Shown here in pieces: positions 8,594 through 18,039 of a stretch of 64,000 nt of DNA. The translations under genes and the position numbers were made by a program. Position 1 is the first letter of the stretch; every line of letters begins with the position of its first letter. The notes below the pieces were generated by a model. It searched no databases and had not been told where the DNA came from. It saw nothing but the letters and a program-made list of their open reading frames with translations. This stretch comes from Myxococcota bacterium (GTDB taxonomy: Bacteria > Myxococcota_A > SURF-8): the NCBI GenBank assembly GCA_965140415.1, contig OZ223209.1:4640001-4704000 (forward strand), written 5' to 3'.

Positions 8594-11500
8594 ATGAAAA
8601 CACCGACGAATACTACCTGGTGGTTATTCTTCGCGTTGGCGCTAATGCTGTTTTTTATGCCCGTTGCCTGTGATAACAGCGCGGGTACGGCGGCAGACGG
8701 CGATGTAGCAGATGGCGATTGCGACTGCCCATATGGTTGCGATGACAATGGAACCTGCTTGGGACAACCCTGCCAGGACGACATCGACTGTCCCAGCGGC
8801 ATGCTCTGTGAAGACGGCGTATGCACCTCCACCGATCCGGTGATCGACGGGGATACAATCGATGGCGACAGCGACGGCAAGCCGATCCTGGATGGCGACA
8901 TAGAGGATGACGGGACGGACGATCCTGCCGATGGCGACAGCGAATTCGGCATCGATTTCGAAACCGACATTCCGCATTCCGACGACAATCCCTGGATTCA
9001 GGTCGAACCTTTATTGGTCGATTTCGGCGCGGTGCCGTTGTGGTCCACATTGGACAAGCAAGTGCGTATCTCCAACATCGGCATGATGACGCTGGTTGTA
9101 GACGATCTGTACCTCTACTACGAACGTAACGACACCTTAGAGGAACTCACACTTCAGCACGACAGCCTGCCACTGGAAATCTCGACAATGCAGGAAGCCT
9201 TTGTAACGGTTTCTTTTGCACCGCAGGATATGAACCCGGACACCGATCTGCTGGTAATTCATTCCAACGACCCCAGCGAACCGAATGTCGGCGTGCACAT
9301 CATCACCGATGTCAAAGCCACCGGTACCTTCAGCGTGCAGCCGCAAGCCATTGAATTCGGCGAGGTGCGCCTGGGCAATTACAGCCAGACCGTAGTGCTG
9401 GAAAACCGGGGTGGCTTGGACATTTTCCTGTTCCGCCTTGAACTGGAGAGCGACAGCCCGGAAATCACGGTTGAAGGAATCCCGGCGGATATCAGCCAGG
9501 ATACCCCTTACCGAGTCCGCGCCGGAGAAGATCTGGAACTGACGGTGCATTATGATCCCGTCGTAGACGATGGCGCGGAGGATTCCGGAATTCTGCACAT
9601 TCGCTGTAGCGATGAAATCACCCCGATTTACGAAATCCCGATCAGCGGCACCCCCTGCGAGCCGGATATCGACGTCCTTCCCGCCGCGCTGGATTATTCC
9701 GGCGTCGCGCTCGGCTCTTCCGATACCCAGTGTACGACGGTAACCAACGCAGGCTGTCATGCACTGACAATTACCGACATCGCCATCGAAGACGATGCCG
9801 ACGGCGCGTTCACCTGGCAAACCGATCCAGGCAGCAGCGCCGTATTGCAGCCCGAAGAAGAGCTGGAACTGTGCATCACCTTCACGCCGACGAGCTTGGA
9901 TCAGGACAGTGGTTTGTTAGTGATTACCAGTGACGATCTGGATGAGGGACACGTGGAAGTCCCGCTTTCCAGCGAAGTCATTCCCGCCGATATCGAATGT
10001 GAGCCGGAAGAGTTAGCCTTCGGCCCGGTGCCGATTGGCAGCTCGAAAACCCTTACACTTACCTGTCGAAACAAAAACGCAGCACCGTTATCGATCGATT
10101 ACATCAGCATTGAATATTCGCCGGGGCTGCTGTTTGAAATCACCAACCAGCCGGAAACCGAATTAGGATTGGGTGAAGAAACGACAATCGATGTCACCTA
10201 CAGCCCCACTGCGGAACAGGAAGATACCGCCGTGCTGTCCATCGTATCCAACGACCCGGACGAAAGCCCGTTTGATACTCCGATGTCCGGCGAAGGATAC
10301 GAACCCAACACCTGCCCGGTCGCCCAGATTTCCGTGGCCGATCCGCCGGTGGATGAAATCGAGCAATTCATGACCGTCACCTTTAACGGTGCGGATTCCT
10401 ACGACCCCGATGCGGGGGACTCCATCGCCGCCTATAGCTGGACGGTCATCAGCCGCCCCCTGGGCAGCACCAGCGTATTGCAGAATCCGACCGACGTGCG
10501 CCCCACGCTGGAGATGGACCGCGCCGGTGATTACACGGTTCAACTGGAAGTCGAGGATCAGTCCGGGGAGCCGTCCTGCGTGGCGGCTACGCTTACGATT
10601 ACGGCTGCCGTGCCGCCACCGGATCTGCTGTGCGAACCGGTAACGGTCGATTTCGGCAGTGTGGCGGTTGGAGATTCGCTCTCGCGCTACGTCACCTGCC
10701 GTAACATGGGCCGCAGCACCGTTGTCATCAGCCAGTATGAAGTCGTCACTCCGGCGGCTGGAGTTTTCAGCCTGGTAGGCTCACCGCTGATGGAACTGGG
10801 TTTCAGCGAAAATGTATTTTTGGAATTGTCCTACGCCCCGATTGCCGTAGGCGACGACGAAGGCCAGTTGCGTATTCATTCCAACGACGCCGATCAGCCA
10901 ATTATCGAAATCACACTGCGCGGCGGCAATTACATTCCCAACACCTGCCCGGAAGCGGTGATCGATCTGGTATCACCAACCGGCGATATCTTCACCGGCG
11001 ACACGGTGCGGCTCTCGGGAGCAAATTCTTCCGACCCGGATGCGGGTGATGGCATTTACCAGTATATCTGGTCGTTTGAAAGCACTCCGATTGGTTCGCA
11101 AAGCGAAATCCGGCCTTTCGGAAATGAACAACCGTCGTTCTACGTGGACATGCCGGGAACCTACGTCGTCAAATTGATTGTAAAAGACAACCAGCAGTTG
11201 GTCAGCTGCAACGTGGCCACCTTGCAGATAAACACCGAAACGCCGCCGCCGGATATCGTCTGTACGCCGATGATCGTCAACTACGGCGTTCTTCCCATCG
11301 GCAGCGAAATCACGGAAACCGTAACCTGCTACAACGTAGGACGCGGCGTGCTGCACCTTTCCAGCTATGTCGTCGCCCCCTCCGGCGGTCCCTTCAGCCT
11401 TACGAACACCCCGGAAACGACGTTGTACGAAAACGACACCACCACCTTCGACGTGCGCTACGCACCCACCAGCCCCAGCAGCATCAACGGAACCTTGACC

Positions 11501-12346
11501 ATCCAATCCAACGACCCGGATGAAGCTTCGGTCGTGATTTCCCTGGTGGGAAACAGCTTCGATCCGAACAACTGCCCCGTTCCGGTGATCAACGTCACCA
11601 GCCCGAATCTGGATTATCTGAAGCCTCTGGACACGGTGCAGTTCAACGGCGCAAGCTCCTACGACCCGGACGCAGGCGACGGCATCTCGGAGTATATCTG
11701 GAGCGTGGTAACGCGTCCCAGCGGTTCGACCAGCCAACTGCAAACCTCCAGCGACCAGAATCCAACCTTCTTCGTCGATCTGGCTGGAACCTATCAGATC
11801 AAGCTGGAAGTACGCGACCAGCAGGGCATGCTTTCCTGTTCTCCGGCGTACATCGAATTGAACGCCATTCCACGGGAGATCATTCACGTACAACTGGTCT
11901 GGGATACCGACGAAGGCGATATGGACCTGCATCTGATACGTCCCGGCGGTAGCATGTGGGGCAGTTCGGATTGCTACTATGACAATCTCAGCCCCAACTG
12001 GAGCAGCTACGGGCGCCCCTCGCTGGACATCGACGACCAGCACGGATACGGCCCGGAGAACATCAACCTGGACGATCCCGGTGCGGGAACCTATCGTGTA
12101 TACGCGCACTATTACAATTCGTGGGGCGAGCACAGCGACGTAACCACGACCGTGCGTATTTACATTTACGGTGAACTGCGCGGTTCGTTCGTTGTCGACT
12201 GGCCGGAAAGTTACGAGCATTATCGTTGGCCGGTAGCAGACATTGCCTGGGATGGCCTAGACGCCGTGGTAACCGGACTGGGAACGAATTTCGAATCCGA
12301 CGGTCACGGGCAGAAGGGCTTGACCGGTCCACCGAAAAAGAAGTGA
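8594..12346 (+). CDS. Large surface lipoprotein: repeated ASH/choice-of-anchor-D Ig-like and PKD-like domains, C-terminal YfaP-like domain
   Basis: Lipobox PVAC. Repeats of 'vdFG.V..G......v...N.G' and 'i.SNDPDE'. Three 'NtCP...S.DPDAGD...Y.W...P.GS...D..G.Y' units. C-terminal VQLVWD..DMDLH..DDQHGYGPENI. Confidence 0.85.
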   Translation: MKTPTNTTWWLFFALALMLFFMPVACDNSAGTAADGDVADGDCDCPYGCDDNGTCLGQPCQDDIDCPSGMLCEDGVCTSTDPVIDGDTIDGDSDGKPILDGDIEDDGTDDPADGDSEFGIDFETDIPHSDDNPWIQVEPLLVDFGAVPLWSTLDKQVRISNIGMMTLVVDDLYLYYERNDTLEELTLQHDSLPLEISTMQEAFVTVSFAPQDMNPDTDLLVIHSNDPSEPNVGVHIITDVKATGTFSVQPQAIEFGEVRLGNYSQTVVLENRGGLDIFLFRLELESDSPEITVEGIPADISQDTPYRVRAGEDLELTVHYDPVVDDGAEDSGILHIRCSDEITPIYEIPISGTPCEPDIDVLPAALDYSGVALGSSDTQCTTVTNAGCHALTITDIAIEDDADGAFTWQTDPGSSAVLQPEEELELCITFTPTSLDQDSGLLVITSDDLDEGHVEVPLSSEVIPADIECEPEELAFGPVPIGSSKTLTLTCRNKNAAPLSIDYISIEYSPGLLFEITNQPETELGLGEETTIDVTYSPTAEQEDTAVLSIVSNDPDESPFDTPMSGEGYEPNTCPVAQISVADPPVDEIEQFMTVTFNGADSYDPDAGDSIAAYSWTVISRPLGSTSVLQNPTDVRPTLEMDRAGDYTVQLEVEDQSGEPSCVAATLTITAAVPPPDLLCEPVTVDFGSVAVGDSLSRYVTCRNMGRSTVVISQYEVVTPAAGVFSLVGSPLMELGFSENVFLELSYAPIAVGDDEGQLRIHSNDADQPIIEITLRGGNYIPNTCPEAVIDLVSPTGDIFTGDTVRLSGANSSDPDAGDGIYQYIWSFESTPIGSQSEIRPFGNEQPSFYVDMPGTYVVKLIVKDNQQLVSCNVATLQINTETPPPDIVCTPMIVNYGVLPIGSEITETVTCYNVGRGVLHLSSYVVAPSGGPFSLTNTPETTLYENDTTTFDVRYAPTSPSSINGTLTIQSNDPDEASVVISLVGNSFDPNNCPVPVINVTSPNLDYLKPLDTVQFNGASSYDPDAGDGISEYIWSVVTRPSGSTSQLQTSSDQNPTFFVDLAGTYQIKLEVRDQQGMLSCSPAYIELNAIPREIIHVQLVWDTDEGDMDLHLIRPGGSMWGSSDCYYDNLSPNWSSYGRPSLDIDDQHGYGPENINLDDPGAGTYRVYAHYYNSWGEHSDVTTTVRIYIYGELRGSFVVDWPESYEHYRWPVADIAWDGLDAVVTGLGTNFESDGHGQKGLTGPPKKK

Positions 12347-12359
12347 ACGTATTCCGATC

Positions 12360-12386
12360 ATGGACCGGGAAACTCTCCCGGTCCAT
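12360..12386 (+). terminator. Stem-loop after the large lipoprotein gene (no clear U-tract)
   Basis: ATGGACCGGGA-AACTC-TCCCGGTCCAT, an 11-bp perfect stem. Confidence 0.45.
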
Positions 12387-12445
12387 CCCGGAATTTCCAC
12401 AATTGATGGGAATTCATCTCTTAAAGCCAAAACAGTGGCATCCAT

Positions 12446-14461
12446 ATGCAATGGACGGCTCATGTAAATAAGCTGAATGAAAACGGGATGGCGGATCGCC
12501 TTGTAGCGGCGCTTGTCATGGCGCTGATCGTAGCGACCTCCGCTCTGTGTTTCCGGCTGATCTTTCTGCCACCATTGGAAGCCAAGGTCAACCCATACGG
12601 AATCCAAACATTACAGGCCGCAGCGGAAAACGAACGGAACGTAGTACAGGCGGAACGGGTTTCTCTGCGATCCTGGCCGGGCGGCTTTATGCTGGTCTGG
12701 CTATCGGATGCGGATCAGCCCTTGATGCGCCTGAGCTTTGAGTCCGGTCTGGAATACGACGAGCAGAGCATCCGCTTTCAACCCGAGAGATCCTACATTC
12801 CGGAAGGAATCGACACGGCGCCAATTGTCGAGCGGCTACAGGCGGCGACGTCTGCCGGTATCTGGCATTGGCAACGCGCCGAAAGCCGGGCTGGGCTGGC
12901 GTCCAGGTTAGACCGTAGAGTCATGAAGAGCTTCCTGATGCTTCTTGCTGCGCTATGGGCGCTCGTAGGCTTGGCCGCTGCCTGGGTATTGGCTTCCGCC
13001 AAATGGAATCGCCACGATATCTGGCTGCTGCCGTTATTGTTAATCGCAGTCGCATACACGCTTTGGGCGGAACCGATTCCCTTTGATATCAAGCTACACT
13101 TTCTGCCATTGGATCTTGGGCGCGGCGATCTGGTGGGTGTCTACGGTTTCGGCTTTCCCGGTTTTGAAATGCTGGCGGCCATGCTGGCGGACCAAAGCCC
13201 GGTTTCGCTGTATAGCGCAATTACGGTTTGTGGATTGCTCGGTTTACCGTTGCTGTACGTCATCACACGGCAGGCAAGCGGCAACCGCCTGTATGCCTGG
13301 CTACTGGTGCTGGCGGTGATGTCGCTGCCGCTGTGGCTGCGGGCGATCCGCTCGGATAGTTCCCATGTGGCAGCCTGGACAGCACTTCTGACGGCGGTGG
13401 CTTTATTGCAGCAGCAAACGGAGCGCTGGCGCTACGTGAAGCCATTGTTAGCGGCGCTGGCACTGGCACTGGCGATGATGGTGCGCACTGAATTTGTGGT
13501 ATTACCGGTGGCAGGCTTGCTGCTTTTCGCCGCGATGAACTGGCGACCTGCTAAAGGACGTTTGCCGCTGCTGCTTGCCACTGCTGCCCTGATTCTGCTT
13601 TTACTGCCCAATTATCGCTGGATCGTCGGCGCGCTAAGTTGGGAAGCGGAAGACTTTCTGTTGCCTTCCCAAACCCTGAAAGCGGTAGTGGGAATCAGCC
13701 AGGGGAATCTGTTTTTTCATCCCGATTTCACACCACGCGCGTTCATGTGGTTTGCCTGCTTTGGCTGGGCGATGTTGCTGGCTAAACGACACTTTTTCAT
13801 TGCCGTATCCGCCTTGCTGTTTCCTGCCCTGTTCCTGTTTCACGAATTCACCTTAAAACCAACCTATCAGTCCGCGCACTATCAGTTCATGGCCTGGATG
13901 CCGTATGCGGCGCTGATGGCTTATGGGTTGTTGCAGTTAGTCAAAGGCTTCGAGTGGCTTAAACTGCCTAAGCTCACAATTGCAGTGGTGCTGGGGCTAT
14001 CTCTTTTCGCGATGATCACCCCCTCTCGCTATGCCACTCTCATGAGCCGGGAACCTACGACCATCCACCAGGAAGTCTCGTTCTTTACCGACAACCTGGC
14101 GTCGTTTTCGGATGTCGGTCTGGTTTATGCCTTTCAGGAGAACAACGACTCCGCCTTGAAGAACCCGGAGAACCTGCTACACGCATCGGGGGTGAGCTCG
14201 GTGGATTTCCGCTATTTCAATTTCGGCGAAGAAGACCGGGTGGAAGTAAGCCCCGGCGACTGGTACTATCGCGGGCTGGCCTGCTATACCGACCCCAAAC
14301 TCTGGAATGCTAAAAGCTGCTTCCGCTTTGAAGACAAATTGACGTTGCAACCCTTGGTGACCCGCCTTCTGGGGCAGCGTCCCTACCAAAACGCCGGATT
14401 GCCCCTGCCACAGGTGGAAATCGGCCTGTTTCGCGTGCTGGAAAACGAACAGGAAAAGTAA
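12446..14461 (+). CDS. Polytopic membrane protein, possible GT-C-fold (PMT/ArnT-like) glycosyltransferase
   Basis: About 12 hydrophobic segments plus a soluble C-terminal domain. Start could be 12488. Family call is tentative. Confidence 0.55.
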   Translation: MQWTAHVNKLNENGMADRLVAALVMALIVATSALCFRLIFLPPLEAKVNPYGIQTLQAAAENERNVVQAERVSLRSWPGGFMLVWLSDADQPLMRLSFESGLEYDEQSIRFQPERSYIPEGIDTAPIVERLQAATSAGIWHWQRAESRAGLASRLDRRVMKSFLMLLAALWALVGLAAAWVLASAKWNRHDIWLLPLLLIAVAYTLWAEPIPFDIKLHFLPLDLGRGDLVGVYGFGFPGFEMLAAMLADQSPVSLYSAITVCGLLGLPLLYVITRQASGNRLYAWLLVLAVMSLPLWLRAIRSDSSHVAAWTALLTAVALLQQQTERWRYVKPLLAALALALAMMVRTEFVVLPVAGLLLFAAMNWRPAKGRLPLLLATAALILLLLPNYRWIVGALSWEAEDFLLPSQTLKAVVGISQGNLFFHPDFTPRAFMWFACFGWAMLLAKRHFFIAVSALLFPALFLFHEFTLKPTYQSAHYQFMAWMPYAALMAYGLLQLVKGFEWLKLPKLTIAVVLGLSLFAMITPSRYATLMSREPTTIHQEVSFFTDNLASFSDVGLVYAFQENNDSALKNPENLLHASGVSSVDFRYFNFGEEDRVEVSPGDWYYRGLACYTDPKLWNAKSCFRFEDKLTLQPLVTRLLGQRPYQNAGLPLPQVEIGLFRVLENEQEK

Positions 14462-14476
14462 AGCTTTTACATACCG

Positions 14477-16039
14477 TCACTGCCTGTTTACCATCGCCGC
14501 AAAGGTCAGAAGCAAAAGCAAACATACTGCCGGAGAACCAACACCCGTACAACCATCGCCGGAGCCTTCGTCGGTTGTAACTCCCGATCCAGAATTGTAT
14601 GCGTCGATGTCGCCATCCAAGATGGGATAATCGTTTTCACCCGAGCGCTCATCGCCATCGGTCGCACTGGAATCGCCGTCGGTGCTTATCGTATCGCCAT
14701 CTACGGAAACCGGGTCCGAATCCGCGTCGGACGAAATCTCCGCATCCAGCAGGTCGTCATCGCCATCCGATTCGGCAAGTTCAGCATCTCCATCAACCGC
14801 CACGCAAGCACCGTTTACACAGATTTCTCCCTGCTGCGTGCAGGTCACCACCCAGTCCCAACGCTGCTCGCTTTCATTGCAAGTCAATAGATCCTGACCG
14901 GAGCACAGGGTTTCACCATCGGTGCAGAAGGGATCGTCGTCGCCGTCACTTGCGCCGCACTGGGCGGAGGCGTCGCCGGGGCATTGATCGCTTCCCGTGC
15001 CGCAGCCGTCCAAACGGGTATCGAGCGAACCGCGCGAGTCGGTGGCCCAGATCCACCAGTTTTCCAGCGCGAGGCGGTAGGTCTCGAACTTGGCCAGATC
15101 AGCGGACGACGGCGGCGTTCCCGGTGAATGCACGAAAACGAACGCCACTTTATAGTGACAGGGCGAACTTGACGGATTGCGCTCTCCCACGGCGCGAATC
15201 ACGTCCTCGATGCCGAAATCCTTTCGGTACCCGTAGATATCATGCGCCACGCCTCTGGCCTGGGGCCAATCCGCACAGCCATGCAAACCGTTGGCTTGCA
15301 CGTACCACAGCGGCCCGACTTCCTGCGAGGAACGCAAGCCCATCAGGTATTGGTCGAAATAGCTGAATTTTCTCGGACCGTTGATATCCGTAAAGCTGCC
15401 GTCGCCGTTGTCGGTCAACATGCCGCCGTACATGACCGAATCCGAGTTAAACCAGCAGGACCAGTGCGTGATCGGGCCGCTGTCCCGATAGCCGCGCAGA
15501 ATGTCGAGATCGCCCCGGCCATCGTTATGATTCACGTTGGCATACGCCAGCCAGTGATGCCCGATTTCATGGCCGATGATCTCCAGCCCGCTGATGGGAA
15601 TCTGCGAAAAGATGCCCTCCGGGCTGTCGGGCAGGCTTTGAATCGATCCCAATGTCACCGCTTGCAGCAACCGCCCCTGCGATCCGAGATGGGCATAGTT
15701 CCAGGGGGTTGTATCGTAGCCGATGCCCTTGACATCCGCCTGAACCGGATAACCGGTCTTTTCGCTGGCGGGAAGCGCTTTATTCGTGATGAAAATGAGG
15801 ATGTCGTAGTTGTCCGGATGTGTGGCGTAAAACGCCTGCCCGGCCTGTGGTACACAAAGACCATTGGGGTACATGAGGTTGCTGCAAAGCCCGCTCGCCG
15901 GTAGGATAGTACTAAAAGTATCTTCGATCACGGCGATCTGATCGTAGTCCTGACTATACGCAAATAGTGGAAATTTGATCGTAAAGACCACTAGAAGTCC
16001 AGTAAGAAAGCGCGTAAACCTTTGCCGGATTCGCTTCAT
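14477..16039 (-). CDS. Secreted zinc metallopeptidase (HEIGH) with DGD linker and MYXO-CTERM-like tail
   Basis: ATG 16039 after AGGAG, signal peptide, HEIGHHW...HWS, C-terminal GDGC-x6-hydrophobic-NRQ. Confidence 0.75.
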   Translation of the reverse strand: MKRIRQRFTRFLTGLLVVFTIKFPLFAYSQDYDQIAVIEDTFSTILPASGLCSNLMYPNGLCVPQAGQAFYATHPDNYDILIFITNKALPASEKTGYPVQADVKGIGYDTTPWNYAHLGSQGRLLQAVTLGSIQSLPDSPEGIFSQIPISGLEIIGHEIGHHWLAYANVNHNDGRGDLDILRGYRDSGPITHWSCWFNSDSVMYGGMLTDNGDGSFTDINGPRKFSYFDQYLMGLRSSQEVGPLWYVQANGLHGCADWPQARGVAHDIYGYRKDFGIEDVIRAVGERNPSSSPCHYKVAFVFVHSPGTPPSSADLAKFETYRLALENWWIWATDSRGSLDTRLDGCGTGSDQCPGDASAQCGASDGDDDPFCTDGETLCSGQDLLTCNESEQRWDWVVTCTQQGEICVNGACVAVDGDAELAESDGDDDLLDAEISSDADSDPVSVDGDTISTDGDSSATDGDERSGENDYPILDGDIDAYNSGSGVTTDEGSGDGCTGVGSPAVCLLLLLTFAAMVNRQ

Positions 16040-16174
16040 CGTTGTCTCCTGGCCAATGGCGAGTGATCGAGGCCATTCATTTATTGTCGCAGCTTTAGCA
16101 AACACGATTCTAATCCAAACAGGTGAGAGAACAAAGCCCTTTTCTTGGAAGTTCAAAAAGATGAATGCGACCTC

Positions 16175-16220
16175 TTGACAAGCTCCCCAGTCTGTTTTAC
16201 ATTTAGACAAGTATCGAATT
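16175..16220 (+). promoter_or_regulatory. Sigma70 promoter overlapped by an imperfect inverted repeat (possible ArsR operator)
   Basis: TTGACA-N17-TACATT followed by ATTTAGAC-AAGT-ATCGAATT. Confidence 0.5.
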
Positions 16221-16241
16221 GATACGGAAGGAGTGGCCGAT

Positions 16242-16538
16242 ATGGACACCAAACAACTCGCAAAAGTCATGAAAGCGCTCTCCAACGAGAACCGGCTGGC
16301 ACTGTATCTGGAAATCGCCAGGCATGAGGAATCGGATTTCGAAGCACCAGAGTGCGCCATCAGTGACATCGTAAAATTGTTCGGAATCAGTCCGCCGACC
16401 ATCTCCCATCATCTCAAAGAATTGACCAATGCCGAGCTGATCACCACCGAAAAGCGTGGAAAATACTTGGTTGCTCGCATTAACCGAGACACGCTGGTCC
16501 AGGTTCAACAAGTTCTTGACGGAATTGAAGGGATGTAA
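16242..16538 (+). CDS. ArsR/SmtB family transcriptional regulator
   Basis: KALSNENRL...ISPPTISHHLKEL winged HTH. ATG 16242 after AAGGAG. Confidence 0.9.
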   Translation: MDTKQLAKVMKALSNENRLALYLEIARHEESDFEAPECAISDIVKLFGISPPTISHHLKELTNAELITTEKRGKYLVARINRDTLVQVQQVLDGIEGM

Positions 16539-16539
16539 A

Positions 16540-17751
16540 GTGAGCCTTTTTTTTGACAGTACACTTCGATGGTTTTCGAATCGTAGAAGTATCAGGCGCT
16601 TCGGCCGCAAACACGTGTTTCTGGCCGCTGCTCTGCTTCTATTTTTAGCGGGAGGATTTGCGATCATGACACTATGGTCCGCAACCGGTAAACAGGCATC
16701 CGGCGAGCGTTTGGAAGTAATGAAAGTATCGCCGAATTGGAAGGACGGGCAATTCGTCAACTCGCTCCCAGAAAACGAGCCGAAGATTCTTGAAGCAATG
16801 GGAAAATGGCTGAGCAAAACGGCCAAAACGATTCCCGATGCTCCGATTTCAGTAGTCGAGCGCAAGGCGGAAGATTTTAAGACGCAACCGGAAAGCGGCC
16901 TGCGCATCACCTGGCTAGGACATTCGACATTTCTCATTGAAATCGACGGTCGCCGGGTGCTCGTCGATCCGGTGTGGAGCGAGCGCGTTTCGCCCGTAAA
17001 ATGGGCGGGACCGAAGCGTTTTCATAAACCGCCGTTAGCGCTTGAAGACTTGCCCACCTTAGACGCGGTAGTCATTTCCCACGATCATTATGACCATCTC
17101 GATTATCGCACGATCCTGGCTCTTGGAAACGATGTACCTGCATACATTATGCCGCTTGGCGTGGGCGCGCACCTCGAACATTGGGGAATATCGCCCGAGC
17201 GAATCGTCGAGCGCGACTGGTGGGGCGAGGTGCAGTTGGGCGATCTCACGTTTACCGCCACGCCCGCGCGACATTTTTCCGGGCGCTCTCCGGTGATGGC
17301 GGATAAGAAAAGTACCCTGTGGTCAGGCTGGGTGATCGCGACTGCGAAGCATCGCGTTTACTACAGCGGCGACACCGGCATGTTCCACGGATTCAAGGAC
17401 ATCGGCGAGCGTTTAGGCCCGTTCGATGCCGTTCTCATCGAAATCGGCGCATACAACCAATTGTGGGCCGACTTGCATATCGGGCCGGAACAAGCCATCG
17501 CCGCGCGCCTCGCTTTGGGCAGCGGTCTGTTCATTCCCGCTCATTGGGGAACTTTCGACCTGGCCTTGCATTCCTGGACCGAACCCGTAGAGCGCCTTCT
17601 GGTTGCCGCCGAAAAGGCTAAAGTGCCGCTGGCCATTCCAAAACCTGGAGAAAGCATCGAGCCGGTTGATCCTCCCAAAACGATTCGCTGGTGGCCGGAT
17701 GTCGCCTGGCAGAGCGGCGATGAAGCACCCGTGATCTCCAGCGGCCTTTGA
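16540..17751 (+). CDS. MBL-fold hydrolase, RomA/NAPE-PLD-like
   Basis: TWLGHST, ISHDHYDHLD, PARHFSGR, SGDTG, IGAY, HWGTF. GTG just after the ArsR stop. Confidence 0.88.
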   Translation: MSLFFDSTLRWFSNRRSIRRFGRKHVFLAAALLLFLAGGFAIMTLWSATGKQASGERLEVMKVSPNWKDGQFVNSLPENEPKILEAMGKWLSKTAKTIPDAPISVVERKAEDFKTQPESGLRITWLGHSTFLIEIDGRRVLVDPVWSERVSPVKWAGPKRFHKPPLALEDLPTLDAVVISHDHYDHLDYRTILALGNDVPAYIMPLGVGAHLEHWGISPERIVERDWWGEVQLGDLTFTATPARHFSGRSPVMADKKSTLWSGWVIATAKHRVYYSGDTGMFHGFKDIGERLGPFDAVLIEIGAYNQLWADLHIGPEQAIAARLALGSGLFIPAHWGTFDLALHSWTEPVERLLVAAEKAKVPLAIPKPGESIEPVDPPKTIRWWPDVAWQSGDEAPVISSGL

Positions 17752-17975
17752 CGATGTGAGGAGGACTGTCGGTTCCACTGGAACCGACCTACGGCTACAT
17801 CCATTTTCCCCTAGTTGGAGCATGGGCTCCTGCTCTGCTCCAAACATTTGTCTACTTGGCCGGGACGGGAGCCCCGACCGAAAACGATTGGTTCAAGACA
17901 GAGCCTTGAACCAATAAAAGATACAAAACGTTGCGCGCGGGATACAATCCCGCACGATCCAAGGACTATCTATAC

Positions 17976-18013
17976 AAAAACGCCCCTCAATCGGTGTGAC
18001 CGAAAGAGGGGCG
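17976..18013 (-). terminator. Intrinsic terminator after purH
   Basis: CGCCCCTC...GAGGGGCG stem followed by a T5 tract on the minus strand. Confidence 0.65.
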
Positions 18014-18039
18014 CATGAGAAAACGAATGTCAGGATGAC

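Noticed and set aside
10973-12220. Long antisense ORFs (also 18043-19077, 25483-26430, 58822-59994, 5755-6885)
   Set aside because: They are shadows of well-supported genes on the opposite strand and have no recognisable motifs.
16040-16402. N-terminal extension of the 641-aa ORF
   Set aside because: It overlaps the ArsR gene and its promoter on the other strand. A better start with RBS and signal peptide lies at 16039.
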